Shown in pieces: positions 37,820 through 50,397 of a DNA stretch of 64,000 bases. How positions within the stretch are numbered: the stretch's first letter is position 1; every line of letters begins with the position of its first letter. The translations under genes and the position numbers were made by a program. Under the pieces are notes generated by a model. The model did not search any database. It saw only the letters and a program-made list of their open reading frames with translations, and had not been told where the DNA came from. This stretch comes from Monocercomonoides exilis PA203 (taxonomy: Eukaryota; Protista; Preaxostyla). The stretch covers positions 186,001 to 250,000 of the forward strand of contig LSRY02000042.1 of assembly GCA_001643675.2 (NCBI GenBank), read 5' to 3'.

Positions 37820-38953
37820 GTTGTTTACATTGGTCATATTCTTTCAATTCAATTTATTACAAATGAAATTAAGTTATTGTTTTGGTCATTTTTTTGTTTA
37901 TTTTTCCTTTCCCTTTAAAAGCACAAGTATATCGTTATAACTTTAATTTCATCCTGTTGATCACTTTTTTTTATTTTATTTTAATATTTTTTTTAAGTCA
38001 AAAAATGTTATTTATTTTACAAATTATACAATTCTATACAATTTTATAACTTTTGATGGTTTTTATTTATTTTATTTTCAAAAAAAATATTATTTTTTTT
38101 ATTTTTTATTCACAAATTGAAATTTTGCAGTTATGCATTATCAGAATTGTCTCTTCTCTTTATTGGATCATGGTCGATCACACTTTGCTCGTCATTTATG
38201 TGTCGATGAAGGCGCTTATTTCTTTTCAAAAGATTTTTTCTCTTTGGTGTTGTTGCGCATAAAACTCGTTTAATTTTTAAAAGAAATTTTCTTTTTTTTT
38301 TTTTTCAATCAAAATTTTATTTTTTTTTTTTTATTAAAGTTTTTGCGTTACACATTATTCCGATATTTTGAAAAACCTTTTGGAAAAAAATAATATTTAA
38401 AGACTCTCTCTTAATCTCTCTCTCTCCCTTATTTTTTCATATATTTATATGTGTGTGTGCACGTGTGATATGATTGGTAGTGAACAAAACTTCATATTTC
38501 AAATGCTCAAAATAAAAAAAAAAAAAAATACTATGTAATTTTTTCATGGTTTGTTGTTGAAGGGTTATTCTTCCTTTTATTTGTTTGTCATAATTTTTAA
38601 GTTAAATTTTAATTTATATGTAATGCAGTTTTGTTTTTTTGAGTCTTTTTATTTTATTCTTAATATTTCTAAAACATTTCTCATTAACACTTGTATGCAT
38701 ATCATGTCATTTATGACAGTATATTTATGTATTCTTCATTAATTTTTCCTAGTCACTTAACAATCCATTTTCATCAATAACATAACAATTGAAAGCAAGT
38801 CACTTGAGAATCGAAAATGTTCTTATTTTTCGATGTTTTCTAATTCCATATTTCACTTGTTCTAGAAATATCATTTATTTGTAATCTGTGAAGGTTGACT
38901 TGATGATACTCAATTACTTTTGAGAAAAAAAATATTTTTTAAAAAAATATTAT

Positions 38954-39910
38954 TTACATTGAAAACAGATCGTCCGATCGCTTCAGGATAGAAACTTTCA
39001 TGTTTCTGTACAGCTGAGCTGATCCTGATGAAGGTGCCGACAAGTATGACGTTGGATAAGGAGAAGCAGAATACGACTGCATCATCGACGCATCACCAAA
39101 TGGAGCGGACATTCCTTGTTGCTGTGCATTTTGCCCTTGCCCTGGCATGCTTCCGAAGTTCGGGTCAAATGACCTGCGCTGCATGAATGAAGGCTGCTGC
39201 TGTTGTTGTTGTGGCTGTTGTGGTTGGGGCTGTGGTTGGGGCTGTGGAGGTGGTTGATGTCTGCTTCGTTTTTCTGGAATTCTTCTTCCCTGTGGAGGAC
39301 TTTGTGGTTGCTGCATCTGTTGAGGAGTTGAAGGAACTTGAGGTTGTGGTTGTGGTTGAGGTTGCGGTTGCGGCTGGGGACGAGGCTGTGGCTGGGGCTG
39401 GGGCTGGGGCTGGGGCTGTGGTTGGGGCTGTGGTTGAGGTTGTGGATGTGGTGGAGGCAACGGAGGTTGTGTTGGTTCATCAGACAAGTAAGGTGCACGA
39501 CGATGGAAAGTGGGGACTTGCTGGCTCTGCTGTTGATTTTGTATTTGATTTTGCTGTTCCTGGAAGCGACGGAATGCAGCAACGCTTTCCTCTTCCACTT
39601 CTTCTTTGCATTCCATTAAACATTCACCGCCATCAATGAAGCATTTAATTCCGGCATTCGAGATGCAATTGTGATAGCAATCGAACCAATCTGAAAAAGC
39701 AACTTTTCCTTCGACAGATGTTTCACTCAGCTTTTGAGCGCATCTTTGCATGCATGTATCAGAAATTTCTTCTATGCATGAATGCATTTCTTCTTTGCAA
39801 GATCTGTCGCATTCATAGGCCTTTTGAAGCCTTGGGCTTCTTGATAGTCTTTGTCTTGGAATATACTGTGCATTTGCAAACAAAATTGCGAATAGTAAAG
39901 AAATGAGCAT
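38954..39910 (-). CDS. Secreted protein: signal peptide, CX3C-rich helical domain, (PQ)n/Q-rich region
   Basis: MLISLLFAILFANA signal; 10 Cys, most in CxxxC pairs; PQ dipeptide repeat. Intact 318-aa ORF. Confidence 0.8.
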   Translation of the reverse strand: MLISLLFAILFANAQYIPRQRLSRSPRLQKAYECDRSCKEEMHSCIEEISDTCMQRCAQKLSETSVEGKVAFSDWFDCYHNCISNAGIKCFIDGGECLMECKEEVEEESVAAFRRFQEQQNQIQNQQQSQQVPTFHRRAPYLSDEPTQPPLPPPHPQPQPQPQPQPQPQPQPQPQPRPQPQPQPQPQPQPQVPSTPQQMQQPQSPPQGRRIPEKRSRHQPPPQPQPQPQPQQPQQQQQQPSFMQRRSFDPNFGSMPGQGQNAQQQGMSAPFGDASMMQSYSASPYPTSYLSAPSSGSAQLYRNMKVSILKRSDDLFSM

Positions 39911-40360
39911 TGTGAATTTAATACGAAGATAATTGTTTTAAACTTTGATTGAAAAAGTAGAACAAACGCATCATAATTCACATCAAAATTGAAAAGAATA
40001 TCATCATGGGACATGATCGATAAAATATACAAACAGTTACGTAAACAAAGTTAACACTGATAATAATTATTAAGGAACAGAAAAAGTGTATGTATGCATT
40101 CGCATTTAAAGCAAAACTCATCAAAATATTTTAATTTTCTCAATATAAGCAAATCTTGTCAAAAAGCATAAATAGATAAATGAAGTGTAAATAGTGTACA
40201 AAATCACAAAAATGTAATTTGCACAGATAAAATCAAAGCATTCACACTGCGTTCAGTGCTCGGAAAATCATTTCAACTTCGTCAATATGAAAAATAAATA
40301 AGAAATATAATTAATTATTTATTAAAAAAAATAAATAAGGAATGTTTTAAAAATCGAAAC

Positions 40361-40934
40361 TTATAAAATTCCCTTTCTTTCCAACATATTCAAAATGTGC
40401 TGAACAAATTCATTGCTTTCTGAAGAAGAAGAAGAAGTTACTGAGGAATCAAAAGAATTGGAAGAATTTGAAGAAATATTTGTAGATTTCGTATTTACAG
40501 GAGCAGAAATTGAAGTTGAAGTACATTTCAGCATTGATCCAATAGAACGTGGTGTGCTTACTGGCAAATTCTCTTTTTTATCTCCTTTTTCACTTTTTTC
40601 GCTTTTTTCGCTTTTTTCGCTTTTTTCGCTTTTTTCCCGTTTTTCTCGTTTTTTCTGTGAATTTTCTGTTTTTCCCTCAAAACTTTTATATTTTTTGAGA
40701 TTTTTCTGATCTATTTTAATTTCTTTTCTTTTCACTTTTCCTTTCTCCTCTTTCTCTTTCTCTTTCTCTTTCTCTTTCTCTCTCTTCTTTTCTTTCTCTT
40801 TCTCTTCTTCTTTATTCTCTTTTTCCCTCTTTCTCCCGCTATTAATCGAATAAAATGAAGAAGTTGTTGATGAAAACGCAGAAAATGATGTGTTTTGTGA
40901 GGAATTGTCTTCATCCAATGAAGAAGAATTAGAA

Positions 40935-40969
<35 letters not shown>

Positions 40970-42032
40970 AGAAGAAGAAGAAGAAGAAGAAGAAGAAGAA
41001 GAAGAAGGAAAAGAAGAAGAAGAAGAAGAAGAAGAAGGAAAAGAAGAAAGAGAAGAGGAGGAAGAATTAGAAGAAGAATTAGAAGAATAAGAAGAATTGC
41101 CAATATTTTGTTTATTTTTGGAATTTTTCGAGTTTCTTTGAGAAAAATCAGGAAGAAGACGATGAGAAGAAAGAGGATGTGAAGAAGAAGAGGAAGAGGA
41201 AGAAGAAGAAGAATTTTCGGAGAAATACGGAGAAATAGAAGAAGAATTTGTGGGATTAGAAGAAGAAGGAGAAGAAGAAGAGGAAGAGGAAGAAGAAGGA
41301 GAAGAAATAGAAGAAGAAATATTTGAATTAGAAGGATAAAAAGAAGAAGAATTTTGAGAAGAATTTTGAGAAGAATTTTGAGAAGAATTTTGAGAAGAAT
41401 TTTGAGAAGAATTTTCGGAGAAATACGGAGAAATAGAAGAAGAATGAGGAGAAAGAGGAGGAAGAAAAGAAGGAGAAAGAGGAGGTTGAAGTTGAGGAAG
41501 AAGAAGAAGAGGATGAGGAATAGAAAGAGAGAGAGAAGGAGAAGGAGAAGAGGAAGAGGACGAGGAGGAGGAAGAAGAAGAAGAATTTGATGAAGAATTT
41601 GATGAAGAATTAGAAGAAGAAGAAGAGATTTTTGAATCATAAGGAGAAGGGGAAGAGGAAGAAGAAGAAGAAGGTGAATAAGAAGGGGAAGAAGAAGAGT
41701 TTTGAGAAGAAGAGGAAGAAGAAGGATTATTAGAAATATTAGAAGAATTTATTGGATTCGACAAATGAGACAAATTAGACAGAAAAGAGCGAGAAGAGCG
41801 AAGAGAGCGAACGGAATGAGGAGACAGAGGAGAAAGAGGAGGATGAAGAAGATGGGACATATTGGGTGAATGAGAAGAGGAAGAAGAAGAAGAGGAAGAG
41901 GAAGAGGAAGAGGAAGAGGAAGAAGAAGAAGTAGAAGAAGAGGAAGAAGAAGAAGTAGAAGAAGAGGAAGAAGAAGAAGTAGAAGAAGAGGAAGAAGAAG
42001 AAGAGGAAGAAGAAGTAGAAGAAGAAGAAGAA

Positions 42033-42065
<33 letters not shown>

Positions 42066-44576
42066 TTTTGAGGTTGAGAAATATTTTGTGACATATTTTG
42101 AGATATTAAATGTGACTGAGAAAGAGAATGAGAAAGAAACAGTGGTTGGATTTGAGGTGAATTTTGTGGTTTAAACTGATTTTGAGAAGAAATTTGAGAA
42201 GAATTTTGAGAAGAATTTTGAATTTGAGAAGAAATTTGAGTTTTTGATTGAATTTGAGGTTGAATTTGAGGTTGAAATTGATTTTCTGATTGAATTTGAG
42301 GTTTTAATTGAGACTGAGAAAGAGAATGAGAAAGAGAAAGAGGAAAAAATTGTGGCTGAAATGGAGAAATTTGCTGAGAGGGAGAAGAAGAAGAAGAAGA
42401 AGAAGAAGAAGAATTTAAAGAAGATGAATGAGCTGTTCGTATAGCATATGAAGCAGGGGAAGAATTTGAATTGGATGAAGAGGAAGAAGAGGAAGAGGAA
42501 GAAGAAGATGATGATGATGATGAAGATGAATTAGAAGAAGGAGAGGAATTAAATGTAGAGAAAGAAGAGAAAGAAGGTGAAATCGAAGAAGGGCTTGGAG
42601 GAACTGAAAAAGAAGAATATGCAGTAAGATTCGGAGAAATATTCGGAGAAATAGGAACGAAATTTCCGGCACCCATAAAGCTCGGAGAAATTGAAAGCGG
42701 AGGAGGTGGCTGAGCGGGGAATTTATTTGTTTTTTTTGCCGGCAAAACGGCCGGAGAAATAGAGCGGCTGCTTAATGGGAGAGAAGAATGTTCGGGCGAA
42801 ATAGGGGAATTAACGGATGTATTAATAGAAGAAGAGGGAGAAGAAGAAGAAGAGGTGGTGGTGGAAGAAGAAGATGATGAGGATGAGGATGATGATGATA
42901 AAGAAGAAGAAGTGGGAATAAAAGGAGTTGGAGAAGCAAAAGAAGGGAAAACGGAAGAAAAATGTACAGAAGGAGAAAGAGGAGGGGAGAAAAGAGAAGA
43001 ATTTTCTGAATAAGAAGAATTTGAAGAATTTGAAGAAGAAGGAAAAATTCCATTTAAATAAGAAGCAGTAAATGAAGTTGGATGAAACGAAGGAGAAAGA
43101 GGCGGAAGAGGAAGAGGACTTGAAATTGTATTTGAAGATGAAGAAGAAGAAGTTTCGGAGAAATACGGAGAAATAGAAGAAGGATTAGAAGATATATTTT
43201 GGGTAAATTTTTCTTGTGAGGTTTCTTTGAGAGGTGTTGATAAGGAGTTTGAGGGAGAAGGTGAAACGAGGAATATATTGGAAGAACGTGATCTTCTCTG
43301 GAATAATAATTCAACAACAAAAAAAAAAATGGTTTGAAAAATAACAACATTAAAATAATATATAATATAACATTAAAAATTATAATCAAAAAAGAAAAAT
43401 ATTATTAATAAAAAAAAATAAATGCAAATTTTTCAATAATGAAAGAAAGAAAGAAATTCAGAAAAAGATAAATTATTAAACTTCTTAAAAAATAAAATAT
43501 ATTAAAAAATAAAAATATTTCATTCTTCTTCCAACCTCAGAAATCGGTCTAATTCTTCCTTCATTTGTGTTTTCTCTGCTTCTGCTTGAATCTTTTTCTG
43601 CTGTCAATGTTTCCTTCAAAGAACGCTTAATTTCAACAGAATTTGATATATCATGAATGTTGCCTTCTTCTTCTTCTTCTTCTTCTATTTCATCATAATC
43701 ATCATTATCATCATCATCTTCATCATCATCATCTTCTTCTTCTTCTTCTTCTTCTTCTTCTATCTCCTCCACTTTTTGCTTTCTTCTTCTTCTTCTTCTC
43801 ATTTTTGTTTTCTGCTTCGGAATTGTAAAAAATAAAGCATTCTCAAATTCTGTTTTTCTTTTCAGCTTTTCTCCATTTTCGTGATCAGTTGACATGAGGC
43901 AAATCAAATCCTTCTCCTTTAATATTTTATTCACAGAAGACAATGTCGTTCCATAATATTCTCCACCCATGAGTCTGTGTTCTGCAAATTCTCCGCATTC
44001 AATCATGTCCTCGAAATTTGTTCTGGAAATAATTCGAAAACAAAATATCTTTCTTCTTCCTTTTTGTGCAAGCGAGGTGGTGAATATTTCTGGTATTTGG
44101 CAAAGTCCCTTTAATTCTTCGAAGAGCTTGGCTTCAATTTCTTCTCTTTGTGAGGTATTTTCTCCAATGATAATAATTATTCGACAAATTGAATTTGATG
44201 TACCATTTTTCTGATTCTGTCTGCTTAGCAAAGATGGTAACTTATTTGACACTGAAGCATATCGGATGTTTTGTGAACCATTTTTTGAAGAAAGTTTTTC
44301 CTGAGCAGGGCCACAACTTGAAGAAAATCGAGAAAGCATTCTTTGTTGTTCTTTTTCGGTTAAGCATGATTTTTGTTCTAACATAATAGGAGGTGAAGGA
44401 CGCTCAACTTTTGTAGGAGTAGGAATGTATTGTTTATAAGTGTTCTGCTGTTTCTGGGCATATGGAGAAGATTTTAATAAGTCATCAGATAAATAAGAAT
44501 ATCGCTTTTCATCGCGCTTAAGCGTTGGGTCTGTCGTAGAGCTAAATTGCTTTGAATTTAAACGAGTTGAATTCAT
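40361..44576 (-). CDS. Guanylate-kinase-like domain protein with a very long Ser-rich C-terminus (~1325 aa); exons 44576-43536, 43297-40361
   Basis: IIIIIG...FTT...FRIISRTNFEDMIECGEFAEHRLMGGEYYGTT...ICLM matches the GK fold, with a degenerate P-loop. A phase-0 GT-AG intron (43298-43535) joins both ORFs in frame. Confidence 0.8.
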
Positions 44577-45124
44577 TCATCTAGCGCTTCAACTCTTTGA
44601 AACAAAAATATGAAAACTTTCACGCTCAAAACTTTTTTATTATACCTGAGATCCATTTTTTTAAAGAAACAGGAAAAAAACATTTGCAATTGTAACAATT
44701 TCGACAAAGTTATATTTTGCGGGAGAAAAATAACTCAAAAACAATAAAAATCTCTTTTGTTTGCATTTCCGTATCTTTCAAACTTCATTTTTGTTTCCTC
44801 ATTGTGGTATTTCCATTAAACTGCTCAAATTTTCATCTTTTTCTTTATGAACTTTTGTTAAGAAAACCATTCAAATATTGAAGTTTTTTGATTGATCCTA
44901 GATTAAAAGTTTTTTTGTAGAAAATTTCCCATTATAAGTGTATATTCATTATTTTTGATTAAAATCTTGAACTTGAATTGAATAGCGTGCAGCTGATAGT
45001 GCTTATTTTGAAACATTAATACATTTACTGTGATGATATCATTTAAATTCTTGTATTTTACTTCCTTGATTTGACATGAATTGTAAAGTGATAAGTATTC
45101 GTGGTTTGAAATAGCATCTGCTTG

Positions 45125-45779
45125 ATGTATTCGAATTTTATTATTTCTTCTGTTTTGCTCATTTTATTTGTGCATCTATCCACCACATTTACTTATCAAG
45201 GTGATCCGGAACTGTTAGATTATTGCACTGAAAAATGTGGATCTGATGTTCTTTGCATTCAGGATTGTATAATGCAAGTTACTTTCAATGGAGCAAACTC
45301 TTTCTCAGAGGCAATTCAACCGTGCTCCAGGATGTATTCAAATTCGTTTTCATCATCAGTTAACAGTCCTTTTTGCAATCCATCTGAAGCTTCATTGCGA
45401 CCTTGTATTGGATCAAATCAGCAAAATTTTCCCTTCTCTCAAATGCAAAATCCATTTTCCTTCGGCCCTGGATCATTTAACTTTGATCCATTTCGATCCT
45501 CACCGTTTAGTTCTTTTCCATCATTTCCATATTGCGACAATATGGTAAATAAAAGAAGATCTGATTTCTTTCCGTCTCATGCTTCGCGCATTCCATATGA
45601 CTGCGGAAATACAGCATTAAATACCAATAATGTCTTTGATTCGGTACGATGCGAACGTAATTTGCCAAATGAAACTTATGTGTCTTCGCTGATGGCCTAT
45701 GATGATGGCAACAATTCTGGTTCTTTTGCATCTGTTCGATCTCTAATTTCCACTTCTTCTTCTACTTCATCATCATCAT

Positions 45780-45810
<31 letters not shown>

Positions 45811-46006
45811 TTCTTTGCCTTCGTCTACATCGTTTCCAAGAAAAGATATCTCTCATCTTGTTTGTGAAGGCAACGACGAGTCAAGAAGGATTCGGAGAAT
45901 TCCTTTGATGGCTGAGTCTGGTGAAGTGCTGCCTGAAGATTGCGAAGCACCTCAGAGAGTTGATTGTGCAGAAATTTTTGAAAAAGATAAGTGCAATTGT
46001 TCGTGA
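45125..46006 (+). CDS. Secreted Cys-containing protein of unknown function
   Basis: Hydrophobic N-terminal signal, YCTEKCGSDVLCIQDC motif and C-terminal Cys cluster. Intact ORF. Confidence 0.75.
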
Positions 46007-46699
46007 AATTTAATTTGAAATTTTTGTTCAAAACGAAACGAATATGCAAGTCTTTCTTTATCTTGTCATCTCTTTATTTTAAATTTAATTTTTTTCAGCT
46101 TAATATTGGATGTTTGTTTATGGGATATTCTTTTGATGAAAATAAAGAACTGAAGTTATGTTCATTAAACGGTATTTAGAATGCATTTCAAAAATCAAAA
46201 AATATTTTTAAATTTATTTCAAACAAATTTAGTACAATTGTCAATTGTTTGATAAAACGTAAATTAAATGAATAATTACAAATAATTCGTGTTATAACAA
46301 GTTTCATCTGCGAGTTTCAAATTATCCCAATTGTCTTCAGAATAAAATAGTGAAACTTAATGTTTACATCCGTTAATTGAAAGAGACGATGAATTTCATG
46401 TTTGTGAAATAGTTATTACTAATGTGGGGAAATTTCCAAACTGACAAGTATTTTTTTTCACATATGTGGCTAAATTATTTCTCTTCTGTCATTTTCATTT
46501 CAAAAATTATGTGCTTTTGATTAACTTTTTGAATACAAAAATTTTTTTCAAAAATATTTCTATCATTGCGATATGTGTGAGATCACAAAGAATTATGCAA
46601 TGATGTCATTGACACTTGTTAACAAATATGAAAATACAATTTTTTTGAAATCTGAATGAGTTTATGCAGATACTAGTGTTTTAAAAATTTGTTGCTTAA

Positions 46700-46965
46700 A
46701 ATTGAAAAATTTTTAGAAAGTCATTATTTCCACACATTATAATAATAACTTTGTTCATTTGTGACTTTATGATTCTTTCTTTGATTTCGAAATAAATTGG
46801 ATTTTTATTTCTTAAAGCAGGCATCATTTACACAAAATCATAACTTTCAGTTTAATTATATGGAAAAAAAATGAACTCATTTAATTCACATTATTTCAAC
46901 ACAAAAAGATCACCAGCAGAGAGTAATTTATAAATGTTTATGCATGAAGTGTAATATTTTGTCCC
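46700..46965 (+). mobile_element. MITE family A copy, decayed
   Basis: Right TIR gcatgaagtgtaatattttgtccc followed by aaat. The internal gatttcgaaataaattggatttt...aggcatca matches the other copies. Confidence 0.6.
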
Positions 46966-47873
46966 AAATTCAATAAACCGTTAATAATATTCGAAGTTAA
47001 CAAAAAATGAACATTCAGAAAACACATTAACATTCCGTTTAAAAACAGATAGCTCAGAATTGAAAAGATTTTTGTTTTTTAACAAAAGGATTTTTGGTGT
47101 TTTCTGCAAATGATAAAAACTGCAATCGGAATACGAAAATTATTCATTCAATCTAAGTTTGATGCAAAAAAAAAAATGATATTATGTTAATAACCCTTCT
47201 AATTATAAACGATTCAAGTGCAAATTCTGATCGGAAATGTTGGAGGTTCTTCGGAATTCTGTTTTTCATTGGTCTTTTATGATGAGATGTCGATTATTGT
47301 TTGGAATTTTAATAAATGAAACTGTGTTTGATTGAGAAATTTTTGTTTAAGTCATAGACAAACTTGAAAAAAAGGATGAAAAAGAATATTATTTTTTGTG
47401 AAAAAAGAAACAGAAGTTTGTTTACTGAAATTTGGAGAGAAAGCGGGAAAAAAAGATGAAACAAAAATTACGTTTGTGATTATTGCATTAGAAGGTTTTG
47501 CTTTTTCGTTGATTCCTTTTTTTTCAAAGCATTTTTTTTTCAAAAAACAATTATGTCCGATGAGTGGAATAAGAATTTATCTTTTTCTCCTTTTTTGTGA
47601 CAACAATCTTTCAACGCTTGGAAAAAAAAAATATTCAAATGTGAAAACTCAATTATGCACAAATGCAATCGAAAAATCATAGAATTACATGCGAGGGCTT
47701 TTTATATTCCATTTCATTCAAAAAAAATGATTGTTTTTCAAATGCGTTTTTGAATGATGAAAAAGAAAAAGATAGTATAATTTGAAAAAATTGATTTTTA
47801 ATTGTGTTTTCTAAGAAAAATGAGAGGAAGAAGCTTAAGAAACAATAGAAAACAAAAGAAAATGAAAAGATAT

Positions 47874-48141
47874 GGGGAAAAATACGGACTTTCAAGCTTT
47901 TTTTGTACAAGGCATTGAAAAATTGCTTCGCTCATAACTTTATTTCGCTTTCTCAGATTTCAAAATAAATTTGATTTTAATATCTGCACCTAGGCATCAC
48001 TGAAATCAAAACATAAAATTTTCCAACATTTCACGAATGTCAATAAATGAACCCATTTTAATTGCGATTTTTGATCTCAAAAAGTCAATGAAAAGTTCAT
48101 AATTTTTCAATGAAAATGCATGAAGCGAAATATTTTGCCAC
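47874..48141 (+). mobile_element. MITE family A copy, 268 bp, ATAT TSD
   Basis: GGGGAAAAATACGGACTTTCAAGC ... GCATGAAGCGAAATATTTTGCCAC. atat at 47870-47873 and 48142-48145. Confidence 0.85.
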
Positions 48142-48750
48142 ATATCAAAGATAAAATTTATTATAGCATGTCATTTGATAATAAAAAAAGAAGAACTGAT
48201 GATATTGAGCTTAGAAACTGTTTATTAGCCACTAAGAGTTCTGAAAACCTTTTTAACAAATTCTTTTTTAATCAAATCTTTTTTTTTGATTTTTGTTAAT
48301 TTAATAATTTATGCATTTTTTTGTTTATAACAATTTTTCACAAACACTTATAGATATTTTTATTCAATCAAAGAAAAAGTTTAACATTACAAAATATCTG
48401 GGTATTCTTGGGTAAAACAATATTTTTTGAATTATTTTATCATTTCACGAATAATCTATTGTTTTTTTCACATGAGTTCATTCAAACAAAAATAAAAAAA
48501 TATTCAAAAGTCAAATATTCGTATTCAAAATGTGAAAGTATTGAAAAGTGTGTTGAATGCGGGTTTAGGAACTCAACTTTGGTTCATTATACTCTGCAAA
48601 AGAATTTCTTAAAAGTGGCATGAAATTTGATAGCATTAAGATCACAGACTAATTTTGAGCAAACACATTTATTAAAAAATGGCATTTGTATTGTTTCATT
48701 GTGCATCTCTTTCTCCTGGATGTCTTTCGGTCTCGTTTTCAACATTGGCA

Positions 48751-48752
<2 letters not shown>

Positions 48753-48842
<90 letters not shown>
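48753..48842. repeat. Poly-T run, ~90 nt
   Basis: Directly visible. Confidence 0.95.
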
Positions 48843-48847
<5 letters not shown>

Positions 48848-48991
48848 CTTTTGATGCCTTTGAAAAATGGCATTTACAAACAGCAAAATTCGTTTTTCTC
48901 CGTTTTTCAAAAAACAAGTTCAAATCAAAAATTCTCCAAGTCAAATGAAGTGGAAATACAAAATTATGAAGTCACTTCAAAATTTGATAGA

Positions 48992-50397
48992 TCAGCAATA
49001 AGCAAAATAGTCCTCCAAACACTTGCTTAAAGGTTCAAAATAACGCGCTCCTTCGATAATGTTACAGTACCGTCCAATCACATCATCTTCGATTCCTTCC
49101 TCCTCCATCATTTCAAATACTTTCCTTTTGGCCTCCTTTCTTTTAACTTCTTCCATTTCATCTCTCTTCTTTTCTTTCGCTTTCCTTGAAATACTCATAA
49201 AAAAATTCAAGATTTTATTTGTTATTCTGTCATCCATTGTTGGTTTATGAATTTCCTCAAAAATAGCATCAATGGCACCACTCTCCAACAAGTCTTCAAT
49301 TGTCGCATCTCTGCTGCCTGCTGCAGCTTCAAATACAAAAATGCACCAATTGCTAATTTCTTTGTAATTTTCTCTTGCTGTTCGACACACATTAGCAACG
49401 CTGCCTATAAGCTCAGCAAATTCTTCTTTCCAAAATCGGAAAAGGCGAAAGAAAATCCCCAATGCACAAAGCCATCTCCCGATTATCAGCACTTCTTTCG
49501 ATTCTTTTTTGCTCATTTCCTCTTCTTTCTTCTTCCAATTCATCCACTTTGCCAGCTCTTCCAGTTCTCTTATTGCCTCTCTTTCGAAATGCACCTCATT
49601 CACAATAACATGTTCAAGACTATGATCGAAGTGTGTCCTGCTTAAAAAAAACTTCCAAGCAGACTGATAGGCAATTCGTGTCAGATTGTGATGCTCCTTA
49701 TGATATTGAAAAATTTCTTTGAACTCATTGATCCACAGTTCTTTTGGCACTTTCTAATCAGAATTAAAAAAATAACAAATAACATCAAAAAGGAAATAGC
49801 AATGCCCATACGTCACTCCAAAAATTGCTCAAAGCCAATAAAGCCATTTCCACTTCTTTTTGTGATTCCTCACTTTCTTCTCTCTTCAAGGCAACTTTCA
49901 GAAGGCAAGGTACAATTATTGAAGACATTTCAGATGAAGGCCATCTGTTCAACAACAAATAGCATTCGCAGAGATCAACCAGAAGCTTTTCATCCTTTTC
50001 TTCTTTCATCATCTTTTCTTCAATGATCATTTCCTGAAATCGATCGCTCAAAAAAGAATCTTTAAATGCAAAATCATAAAAGCATTTCAGCGTTTGGCAA
50101 TATCCTACATGCTTCAACAGCAAAATGGCATTCTCCATCGAAAGTATCTTTTCATCAGTCATTTCCTTCATTCTATTGGACAGATCTTTCGTAAAAACAG
50201 ACATAAATTCTTCTTTGTTCATTTTTCCCATCACTTCATTCATTTCTTCAATTTTCTCTCTTTGTTCATCATCTGAGCTGTAGCTCAACTGGGAAAACAA
50301 TTCTTCAAAAAGCAAAGAAATAAATCCAATCAATAAGAATTCAATGAAACAGTGAATGCACACCAGTGAATTTTTTTGTGTTGCATGTCTCCTGCAT
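48992..50397 (-). CDS. Helical family copy 6 (3 exons), chimeric
   Basis: MQETCNTKKFT exon 1 plus ORFs 49785..50363 and 48992..49750. The 5' part matches copy 8 and the middle is close to copy 5. Confidence 0.87.

Noticed and set aside
866-46965. Giant element bounded by aaat-GGGACGAAATAT and ATATTTTGTCCC-aaat
   Set aside because: The match is only ~12 bp, and the right end is explained by a local MITE copy.
48753-48842. Poly-A tail marking copy 6 as a retrocopy
   Set aside because: Copy 6 retains both introns, and long A/T runs are common in this window.
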